A stretch of 64,000 nucleotides of DNA from Candidatus Pacearchaeota archaeon (lineage in GTDB: Archaea; Nanobdellota; Nanobdellia; Pacearchaeales; GW2011-AR1): contig JBAZCR010000002.1 of assembly GCA_041654895.1 (NCBI GenBank), forward strand, positions 8,435-72,434. The letters are read 5' to 3'. Each line of letters starts with the position of its first letter. The stretch's first letter is position 1. This document shows, piece by piece, positions 46,673 to 54,394 of this stretch. Both the position numbers and the translations under genes were made by a program. Below the pieces are notes generated by a model. It saw only the letters and a program-made list of their open reading frames with translations, was not told the origin of the DNA and searched no databases.

Positions 46673-46703
46673 ATTTCTTGTTTTTTTCTTTTTTTTGAGA
46701 AAC

Positions 46704-46711
46704 TTTAAATA
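46704..46711 (+). promoter_or_regulatory. TATA box upstream of the DUF134-like gene
   Basis: TTTAAATA lies 21 nt upstream of ATG 46733. Confidence 0.4.
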
Positions 46712-46732
46712 TTGAGGTTAATATAGTTTTTT

Positions 46733-47008
46733 ATGGCAAGACCGCGTATTTGTAGAAGAATTAACTTTAATCCTAAGATTACTTATTTTAAACCGCGTGG
46801 CGTTCCAATGAGGGATTTAGACGAAGTTGTTCTTCAAAGGGATGAATTAGAAGCATTAAAACTTAAAGATTTAGAAGGGTTTGAGCAATCTATTTGTGCA
46901 AAAAAGATGAATATATCTCAACCGACATTTCATAGAATTGTTATTTTAGCTAGAAAGAAAGTTTCAAATGCTTTGATTAATGGTAAATCTATTAAAATTG
47001 AAGTATAA
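46733..47008 (+). CDS. DUF134/UPF0251-like HTH protein
   Basis: MARPRICRRI...YFKPRGVP...DELEALKLKDLEGFEQSICAKKMNISQPTFHRI has the sigma-70 region-4-like pattern typical of DUF134. Confidence 0.7.
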   Translation: MARPRICRRINFNPKITYFKPRGVPMRDLDEVVLQRDELEALKLKDLEGFEQSICAKKMNISQPTFHRIVILARKKVSNALINGKSIKIEV

Positions 47009-47079
47009 ATATAATTCTTCTAAATAATTCTAAAATTCAAAATAAAAAAGTTTTATAAAATAAAAAAATATATATTATT

Positions 47080-47775
47080 ATGAATAAAAATTTAGATTAT
47101 ATTGATAGAATTAATTCTCTTGTTTTATTATTTTTAAGAATTGTTTTAATTATTGCAATTCCTATCTGTGTTTGGGAGAAAAATGTTCTTTTTATTTTTT
47201 TGAGCATTTTAACATTTTGTTTGACATTTTTACCTAGGATAATTGAGAAAAGATATAAGATAAATATTCCATCAGAATTAGGATTAGTTATTGTGTTATT
47301 TATTTATGCTGGGATATTTTTAGGTGGTGTTAGAGAATTTTATTATAGATTTTGGTGGTGGGATTCTTTATTACACTTAATTTCTGGTTTGGCCTTGGGT
47401 TTTATTGGCTTTTTAATTTCATATACCTTCTATAAAACTAACAAATTTAAGACAAGTCCAAAAATGATTCTATTATTTGCATTTTGTTTTGCATTGGCTA
47501 TAGGAACTATTTGGGAAATTTTTGAGTTTGGAGTTGATCAAATCTTTGGTTTCAACATGCAAAAAGCAAGATACTTATGTCCTAATCAAGGTTATTGTGA
47601 TAGTAGAATTGGAGTTATTGACAGCATGGTGGATTTAATTTTAGATACTCTTGGTGCTTTAATGGCATCTATTGCAGGTTATTTTTATCTAAGGAAGGGT
47701 GAAGTTTTTTTATTTAATAAACTGATTAAAAGGTTTGAGAGAAAAAATAAACATTTGTTTGATAAAAAAGTTTAA
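47080..47775 (+). CDS. Hypothetical polytopic membrane protein
   Basis: Six hydrophobic helices. WWDSLLH and WEIFEFGVDQ motifs. Confidence 0.45.
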   Translation: MNKNLDYIDRINSLVLLFLRIVLIIAIPICVWEKNVLFIFLSILTFCLTFLPRIIEKRYKINIPSELGLVIVLFIYAGIFLGGVREFYYRFWWWDSLLHLISGLALGFIGFLISYTFYKTNKFKTSPKMILLFAFCFALAIGTIWEIFEFGVDQIFGFNMQKARYLCPNQGYCDSRIGVIDSMVDLILDTLGALMASIAGYFYLRKGEVFLFNKLIKRFERKNKHLFDKKV

Positions 47776-47786
47776 TATAAATATTT

Positions 47787-48581
47787 TTATTCAAATTTTT
47801 CTAAAAATGTTGGTTCCTTTTTCTGGAATATTATTCCTATAGGAATTTTTTTATTTTTTGAATTATAATCAAATTCTTCTGCTAGTAATGTTGCCTTTTT
47901 GTAGTCTGTATTGTCTTTTATTTTATACATAAACTTATCTTTATTATTTATATCCTTATTAAAGATAAGACAATCTTGCATTATTTCTACATAGCTAAAT
48001 CCCTTATGTTTGATTGCTTTAGTAAACACTTCAACCATATGAGGTATGTCTCTTGCGTTTGTTCTTGCAATAAAAGTTGCATTTGATGCTAGAGCTAATT
48101 TAATTGGATTAATTGGAATATTTTTTTCTATTCTATTTTCTCCTTTTATTAGATATCCCCTTTGTGATGTTGCTGTTGCTTGTCCTGTTGTGAGTGAGAA
48201 ATTTTGGTTATTATGTATAAATAATGTCATATCTTGATTATATCTAAATGCATGGATAAGGTGAGATATTCCTTCTGAATAAATTGCTCCATCACCTGCA
48301 AAAGTTAATATGTTTAATTTTGGATTTGCTAATTTTATTCCAAATGCTGTTGGAAGTGCTCTACCATGAAGAGAATAAATACCACTTAAATTAAGATAGT
48401 CAAATATTTTTGAATTACAACCAATATCTGTTGTCATGGCAAAATCATTATGATTTATTTTTTCTTTTTCTATTAAATTTGCGATTGTTTGTTTTATTGC
48501 TTCTAAAATTAAAAAATTAGGACAACCCGGGCACCATGTTATTGGCTCATTTGTTTTTAATTTCTCTTTTGATTTATTCAT
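47787..48581 (-). CDS. 2-oxoacid:ferredoxin oxidoreductase, beta (TPP-binding) subunit
   Basis: WCPGCPNFLIL, GDGAIYSEG...NNQNFSLTTGQ. Confidence 0.88.
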   Translation of the reverse strand: MNKSKEKLKTNEPITWCPGCPNFLILEAIKQTIANLIEKEKINHNDFAMTTDIGCNSKIFDYLNLSGIYSLHGRALPTAFGIKLANPKLNILTFAGDGAIYSEGISHLIHAFRYNQDMTLFIHNNQNFSLTTGQATATSQRGYLIKGENRIEKNIPINPIKLALASNATFIARTNARDIPHMVEVFTKAIKHKGFSYVEIMQDCLIFNKDINNKDKFMYKIKDNTDYKKATLLAEEFDYNSKNKKIPIGIIFQKKEPTFLEKFE

Positions 48582-50098
48582 TTTATTATTTCTTTTATTT
48601 TTTTGTTTAATTCGTCAGTAAAAAAAGGTCTTCCATCGTATTTTAAAATTTTATTATCTATATTTGTTTGTATTTTTTGTTTGATTAACTCTGCTAATTG
48701 AGATGTTGCGTTGTTTTCAATAATTATTATTTTTTTTGATTTTGATAATTCCTTTTTAATCTCTTCAGGAAATGGATTTAAATATAAAATTTGTAAGAAT
48801 TTAGCATCAATATTTTTGATTGCATCAATTATTGCTCCTTTAGTTGAACCCCATCCTATAATTAAATTTTTAGAATTTTTGTTTCCGTAAATATCATATG
48901 TTCTAAATTTATTTACTTGATTTTTAATTTCTTTTTCTTTTGATAATCTTTTATTCACATTCTCAATTATTTGATTTTTATCTTCTGTTGAATTTCCAAA
49001 TTTGTTTGTTTCATAACTTGATTTTTTGTTTATTTTATTTGAATAGGTTTTAGAAAAAATTAAAGGTTTTTTATAGTCTAATTTTACAGAATATTCACTC
49101 TCGGCTAAATGTTTATCTGATAAAATTATCGACAATGAATTGTATTTTTCAGCTAAATAAATTAATTGGTTAGTTAATTCTATAGCCTGTATTGGGTCTC
49201 CTGGTGCAGCAACAATTCTTGTAAATTCGCCATGTCCTATGTTTAAGGCCAAATTCAAATCACTTTGAGAAGTATAAGTTGGTATACCTGTTGCAGGTCC
49301 TGGTCGAGAAGCAAGATAAACTGTTAAGGGTATTTCACTTATTCCTTGCATACTAATTGCTTCGCCCATTAAATCAACTCCTCCTCCACTTGAGCCAACC
49401 ATTACTTTTTTTCCAGCAAAACTTGCTCCTAATGCTATATTTGCGACTGCAATTTCATTTTCAGGTTGAAAGAATTTTAATTTTTTATCATTCATTAAAC
49501 AAATCTCGCTTGTTACACCAGTTGCAGGTGTCATAGGATAAGCAAAGTAAAAATCTAATTTTGAATTTCTTGCCCCTATAGCAATAGCACGACTTCCTGA
49601 AATTATCTCTGCTTTATTATTTAGTTTTTTTAATTTATATATTTCTTTTTGAGAAGCATAACCCTTCTTTGCAGCATCTGTTGAATTTACATAGTTCAAA
49701 TATTTTTTTACTTCTTTAATTAAGTATGATTCAGGTATACCTAATGCTTTTACTAATGACCCTGCTAAGGCAACGTTAATATTTTTTTTAAATTCTAAAA
49801 AATCATCACTCTTTAAAATAACTGCATTTTCTTTTAAATTATCTTTATGTAAATATAATGTTTTTTGATCTAATGCAATTAAAAAATCAACTTTTTCATC
49901 GTTACTTTCAATTTCCTGATCACTAATACATAATATACTAAAATTATGTCCTCCTCTAATTATACTTTGATAATCTCTATAATTAAAAGTATAATAACCA
50001 TATGAAGTTAAAACTCTTGAAATAATTTGAGAAATTTTATTTATACCCTGTCCTGCAGAACCACCTACTAAAATATTTAGTCTCATTTTCACCTCCAT
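48578..50098 (-). CDS. 2-oxoacid:ferredoxin oxidoreductase, alpha subunit with fused gamma-like N-terminal domain
   Basis: N-terminus LNILVGGSAGQGINK (gamma domain), then an alpha-type core (YPMTPATG). 4-nt overlap with the beta gene. Confidence 0.85.
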   Translation of the reverse strand: MEVKMRLNILVGGSAGQGINKISQIISRVLTSYGYYTFNYRDYQSIIRGGHNFSILCISDQEIESNDEKVDFLIALDQKTLYLHKDNLKENAVILKSDDFLEFKKNINVALAGSLVKALGIPESYLIKEVKKYLNYVNSTDAAKKGYASQKEIYKLKKLNNKAEIISGSRAIAIGARNSKLDFYFAYPMTPATGVTSEICLMNDKKLKFFQPENEIAVANIALGASFAGKKVMVGSSGGGVDLMGEAISMQGISEIPLTVYLASRPGPATGIPTYTSQSDLNLALNIGHGEFTRIVAAPGDPIQAIELTNQLIYLAEKYNSLSIILSDKHLAESEYSVKLDYKKPLIFSKTYSNKINKKSSYETNKFGNSTEDKNQIIENVNKRLSKEKEIKNQVNKFRTYDIYGNKNSKNLIIGWGSTKGAIIDAIKNIDAKFLQILYLNPFPEEIKKELSKSKKIIIIENNATSQLAELIKQKIQTNIDNKILKYDGRPFFTDELNKKIKEIIK

Positions 50099-50206
50099 TA
50101 TTTAATTTATTTTAATTATATAAATGTGTTGGTAAACTTTATTTATAACACTTAAATTAACTAAACTTTAATAAAGTATGAATAATTCTTTTTAATGAGG
50201 TAAAAA

Positions 50207-50770
50207 ATGAAGGGGTTGATTGATTCTTTTGGAATTTTAAGAGATTTTAATATTGCTAAATTTTTTATTGTTGAATCTTCTTCTGATTTAAATAAATTAA
50301 AATTTCCTTATTATATGAAAATAGATTCTGAAAAACATAAATTAAATTTAGGGGGAGTTTTATTTTGTAAAGATTTAGAAGAGGCTGAAAAGAATTATAA
50401 ACTTTTAAGAAATAAATTTAGTGAAAGGATTGTAATTCAAGAAGAGATTAAAGGAATAGAGTTAATATTAGGTATAAAAAAAGATGATATTTTCGGATTT
50501 GTTTTAATGCTTGGATTTGGTGGGAGTAAACTTTCTAAAGAGGGTATAACTTTTAGAGTTTTAAAATTAAATAGAAGTGAAATTAATAATGCTTTAAATG
50601 AATTTGATAAAGATATACTAAAAAAATATGTATATAAGGAAAAGTTAATTAGCTTTATTGAGATGATTTGTTTTTTAGCTGAAAAAAAAAATATTAAAGA
50701 AATGGATTTAAATCCTATAATCTTATCTAGTAAAGGACCTTTTATTGTTGATGCAAGAATTAAAATTTAA
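50207..50770 (+). CDS. acdB: ADP-forming acetyl-CoA synthetase, beta (ATP-grasp) subunit
   Basis: ATP-grasp_5-like pattern: YYMKIDSEKHKLNLGGV, LILGIKKDDIFGFVLMLGFGG, EMDLNPIIL...VDARIKI. Confidence 0.7.
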   Translation: MKGLIDSFGILRDFNIAKFFIVESSSDLNKLKFPYYMKIDSEKHKLNLGGVLFCKDLEEAEKNYKLLRNKFSERIVIQEEIKGIELILGIKKDDIFGFVLMLGFGGSKLSKEGITFRVLKLNRSEINNALNEFDKDILKKYVYKEKLISFIEMICFLAEKKNIKEMDLNPIILSSKGPFIVDARIKI

Positions 50771-52068
50771 ATTTTTGAAATTGTCTTACATAATTGTTCT
50801 GGTTCTGAGAAATTAATTATTTTATTTTTATCTAATATTTTTTTTGCTTCATTTATTTTTTCTCCTCCAATAAAACAAGTGAATAAAGGTTTTTTTATTG
50901 TATTTAGTAATTTTGCTACTTTTTCTGGTTGACTTGTATGTTGTGGAGTTAAAATTAAAATTATATTTTCTGTTTCTTTATCATTTTCTATAATGTCTAA
51001 AACTTTTTTATAATCTTCAGGTGCAGCGTCTCCGATAATATCTATTGGATTATTTTTAGACCAATTTAGAGGTAATATTTTGTTTAGTGATTCAATTGTT
51101 TTATTAGAGAGTTTTGTTAAGGGGATATTATATCTTTCACAATAGTCTGCAGATAATACGCCAAAGCCTCCTGCATTTGTTATTATAGTTGTATTTTTTT
51201 TAATTTTTTGGTATTTTTCTAATATCTTTGCCACATTAAACATTTCTGTTACTGAATCTACTTGGATTAATTTTGCTTGTTGAAATGCTCCTTTGTAAAT
51301 TTCTGAATCTGTTGCAAGAGCTGCAGTATGTGATTTGGCTGCGTTTTGTCCAGATTTAGAATTTCCACCTTTTAAGACAATAATTGGTTTTTTTGATTTT
51401 TTAGATATTTCAATAAATTCTCTCCCACTATTTTTTTGTAAACTTTCTATATAAAGGCAAATTACTTTTGTTTTATCGTCGTGGATTAAATAGTCTATTA
51501 AATTATTAAAATTAATATCAATTGAATTACCTAGTGAAATAAATTTAGAAAAAGAATTAATTTTATCTAACATTGCTGAAGCTATTGCTCCTGATTGAGA
51601 GATAAAACCAATATTTCCTTTGTTTAAATTCCCTGAATAAAATGTTGTATTTAAATTTTGAGAAGTGTCAATTATTCCAAAAGAATTTGGTCCTAAAATT
51701 CTAATATTTTCTTCTATTGCGATTCTTTTAATGTGTTCTTCTAATTCTTTATTATTGCTTTCAGAAAATCCTGCTGAAATAATAATAGCATACTTTATTT
51801 TTCTTTTCCCAGCTTGTCTTAATATTAAAGGAATTGTCTTTGCAGGACTTGCAATAATTATTACATCTATATTATAAGGTGTTTCAATTAAGTCAGAAAA
51901 AATTTCTTGATTTAAAATTTTTTTAGTGTTTGGATTTATTCCAATTACTTTTTTATTAGAGTTTAATAAATTTTTAAAGATAATATTTCCTACTTTTTTT
52001 TCGTCTCTACTTACACCAATAACAGCATAAGTTTTAGCGTCAAAGATATTTCTTACAACCTCTTTCAT
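50767..52068 (-). CDS. acdA: ADP-forming acetyl-CoA synthetase, alpha subunit (CoA-binding + ligase-CoA domains)
   Basis: AVIGVSRDEKKVGNIIFKNL, GPNSFGII, SQSGAIA, and phosphohistidine context AKSHTAALA. Confidence 0.85.
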   Translation of the reverse strand: MKEVVRNIFDAKTYAVIGVSRDEKKVGNIIFKNLLNSNKKVIGINPNTKKILNQEIFSDLIETPYNIDVIIIASPAKTIPLILRQAGKRKIKYAIIISAGFSESNNKELEEHIKRIAIEENIRILGPNSFGIIDTSQNLNTTFYSGNLNKGNIGFISQSGAIASAMLDKINSFSKFISLGNSIDINFNNLIDYLIHDDKTKVICLYIESLQKNSGREFIEISKKSKKPIIVLKGGNSKSGQNAAKSHTAALATDSEIYKGAFQQAKLIQVDSVTEMFNVAKILEKYQKIKKNTTIITNAGGFGVLSADYCERYNIPLTKLSNKTIESLNKILPLNWSKNNPIDIIGDAAPEDYKKVLDIIENDKETENIILILTPQHTSQPEKVAKLLNTIKKPLFTCFIGGEKINEAKKILDKNKIINFSEPEQLCKTISKI

Positions 52069-52113
52069 AAAAAATAAATGTTTAATTTGTATATAAAAGT
52101 TATTGTTCGAATT

Positions 52114-52404
52114 TTATAAATATCCTTCTTCGTTGATTCCAGAATTATTATCTTTTATTGTTGTTTGATTCAATGTTCCTTGTTCTGAGCTTTTTAGGTC
52201 TTCTGGGTTTATTGAATTAATTAGTTTTTTAAATTCTTCAAATTTTTCTGCTGGAATTCTTGTTCCTGCTTTTGTGAAACCTGTATATTTTTGGCTTTGA
52301 ACAAATTCTCTTATTGTTAAACCTATTTTTCCACCAAAGTCATCTATTCTGATTAAAATATCTGTTTCTGGATTTTTTTGTATTTTTCCAATATCTTTTT
52401 CCAT
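52114..52404 (-). CDS. PC4/YdbC-like single-stranded-DNA-binding-fold protein
   Basis: ILIRIDDFGGKIGLTIREFV...FTKAGTRIPAEKFEEFKKLI parallels the PC4 C-terminal domain pattern (F-x-G-K-x-h-h-D-I-R-E...KGIsL...w..l). Confidence 0.55.
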   Translation of the reverse strand: MEKDIGKIQKNPETDILIRIDDFGGKIGLTIREFVQSQKYTGFTKAGTRIPAEKFEEFKKLINSINPEDLKSSEQGTLNQTTIKDNNSGINEEGYL

Positions 52405-52484
52405 AGTTTTAATATTTAATCTGGGTTTATAAATTTTTATGATGTTTTGGGATACTTTTTAAACTATGAAGTTTATTTGTTTTT

Positions 52485-52910
52485 ATGGTTAAGGTAAAAA
52501 TAAAGAAATTAAGAGCAGATGCTACTTTACCTAATTATGCTCATCATGGGGATGCTGGAATGGATTTATATTCTACTATTGATATTTGTTTAGAGCAAAA
52601 TCAAAGAACATTAATCCCACTAGGCTTTTCTATGGAATTACCAGAGGGTTATGTTAGTATAATTAAAGGAAAAAGTGGTCTTGCTTTAAATAAGGGACTT
52701 GTTATTTTAGGAGGAGTTATAGATCAGAATTATAGAGGAGAATATAATGCAATTATTTTAAATTCTGGTTATGATGATTTAGTGATTAAGAAAAATCAAA
52801 AGGTTGCTCAATTATTGATTCAATCAGTTGAGAAAGCTGAACTTGAAGAGGTAGACGAACTAAGTAATACAATTAGGGGAAAAGATGGTTTTGGCTCAAC
52901 TGGAGCATGA
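52485..52910 (+). CDS. dut: dUTP diphosphatase (trimeric dUTPase)
   Basis: All five dUTPase motifs are present: GDAGMDLYS, GKSGLA, GVIDQNYRGE, AQL, RGKDGFGSTG. Confidence 0.92.
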   Translation: MVKVKIKKLRADATLPNYAHHGDAGMDLYSTIDICLEQNQRTLIPLGFSMELPEGYVSIIKGKSGLALNKGLVILGGVIDQNYRGEYNAIILNSGYDDLVIKKNQKVAQLLIQSVEKAELEEVDELSNTIRGKDGFGSTGA

Positions 52911-52965
52911 ATAATATATAATAGAGTTTAGTTCTTTTTATAAAGTGATTTTTTCTAATTTTCTT

Positions 52966-53967
52966 ATGATAATTGGTTTAACAGGAAGTTTGGCAGCAGG
53001 TAAGGGGGTTGTTAGTGATTTTTTTAAAGAAAAAGGTTTTGTTTATTTGTCCTTATCTGATGAACTTAGACAAATTGCTAAAGAAAGGAAAATTGAAATT
53101 ACAAGAGAAAATTTGCAAGACTTAGGAAATAAACTTAGAGAAGAAAGTGGAAGTGGTGTTTTAGCAAAATTGGTTATTAAAAAAATTAAAAATCAAGAAT
53201 ATAAAAAAGTCATTATAGATGGAATTAGAAATCCTTTTGAAATTGAAGAGTTGAAAAAATTAAAGAACTTTTTTTTAATTGCTGTTGATGCTAATCCTAA
53301 AATTCGTTTTGAGAGAATGGTTGCAAGAAATAGGGAAAGTGATCCAATTACATGGGAAGATTTTTTGAAGGTTGATAGAAAAGATAAGGGTATTGGAGAA
53401 AAAAAATCTGGTCAAGGTGTTGGAAAGTGTATGAAGTTGGCTAGATTTATTATTTTGAATGAAGGAAGCTTAGAGGAGATTAAAGAGAAAATTGAAAAAC
53501 TCTATCGAGATATCCAGAAATTAATTCCTCCTTTAACTTGGGATGAATATTTTATGACTTTTGCACAGGTTGCAGCTCAGAAAAGTAAAGATCCTTCTAC
53601 AAAAGTAGGGGCTTGTATTGTGGATAGTGATAAAAGAATTATAGGTTTAGGATATAATGGTTTTCCTAAAAAATGTGATGACACTAAATTACCAATGGAA
53701 AGAGAAGGAAAATTTTTAGAGACAAAATATGCTTATATTGTTCATGCTGAACCTAATGCAATCTTGAATTCTACAAGAGAGACTAAGAACAGCAAAATGT
53801 ATGTTACTTTATTTCCTTGCAATGAATGTGCTAAATTAATTATTCAAGCAGGAATTATTGAAGTAATTTATCTTGAGAACAAATATGAGGATAGCGATGG
53901 TGTTAAAGCTTCTATTAGATTATTCAAACAAGCGGGTGTAAAAACTAGACAATTCTCTTTTGAATGA
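52966..53967 (+). CDS. Fusion protein: P-loop nucleotide kinase-like domain (CoaE/UPF0200-like) + dCMP deaminase domain
   Basis: N-terminal half: GLTGSLAAGKG P-loop and IIDGIRNPFEIEELKK. C-terminal half: HAEPNAI and PCNECAKLI zinc motifs of dCMP/ComEB deaminases. ATG at 52966. Confidence 0.8.
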   Translation: MIIGLTGSLAAGKGVVSDFFKEKGFVYLSLSDELRQIAKERKIEITRENLQDLGNKLREESGSGVLAKLVIKKIKNQEYKKVIIDGIRNPFEIEELKKLKNFFLIAVDANPKIRFERMVARNRESDPITWEDFLKVDRKDKGIGEKKSGQGVGKCMKLARFIILNEGSLEEIKEKIEKLYRDIQKLIPPLTWDEYFMTFAQVAAQKSKDPSTKVGACIVDSDKRIIGLGYNGFPKKCDDTKLPMEREGKFLETKYAYIVHAEPNAILNSTRETKNSKMYVTLFPCNECAKLIIQAGIIEVIYLENKYEDSDGVKASIRLFKQAGVKTRQFSFE

Positions 53968-53982
53968 ACCTTAAGCAAACAT

Positions 53983-53990
53983 TTTTAAAT
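53983..53990 (+). promoter_or_regulatory. Putative TATA box of tRNA-Lys
   Basis: TTTTAAAT ends 27 nt upstream of the mature tRNA 5' end. Confidence 0.35.
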
Positions 53991-54017
53991 TAAATTTATT
54001 CTTATACTATTATATCT

Positions 54018-54092
54018 GGCCTCGTAGCTCAGCTTGGTTAGAGCACTGGGCTTTTAACCCAGGTGTCGCGGGTTCAAATCCCGTCGAGGCCA
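54018..54092 (+). tRNA. tRNA-Lys (anticodon UUU)
   Basis: Hand-folded cloverleaf: acceptor GGCCTCG/CGAGGCC, D-arm GCTC-AGCTTGGTTA-GAGC, anticodon arm CTGGG-CTTTTAA-CCCAG, T-loop TTCAAAT, discriminator A. Confidence 0.9.
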
Positions 54093-54199
54093 TAAAAGAA
54101 TAGATTTAATGAAAAAAGAATTAGGGAATAAAAACAAAAGGTTTTTAAACCCAGTTTTTTTCATTTTTAAAGTAAAAGAAAATATTCTAATATCAAAAA

Positions 54200-54394
54200 A
54201 TGCATATCTTACAACCACCACATAAAAGATTGAGCCCAGAAGAGGCTAAGAAAGTTTTAGATAAATATAATATAGGTTTAATTCAATTACCAATTATTTC
54301 TTTAAGCGATCCTGCATTGCCTGAAGGATGTAATAAAGGTGATGTTATTGAAATTAAAAGGGAGAGCGGTTTATATTATCGTGTTGTAGCTTAA
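54200..54394 (+). CDS. rpoH: DNA-directed RNA polymerase subunit H (Rpo5)
   Basis: H-x-L-x-P-x-H...LSPEEAKKVLDKYNI...QLP.I...DP....G...GDVIEI.R.S....YYRVV pattern. Positioned immediately upstream of rpoB, with overlapping stop/start. Confidence 0.8.
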   Translation: MHILQPPHKRLSPEEAKKVLDKYNIGLIQLPIISLSDPALPEGCNKGDVIEIKRESGLYYRVVA

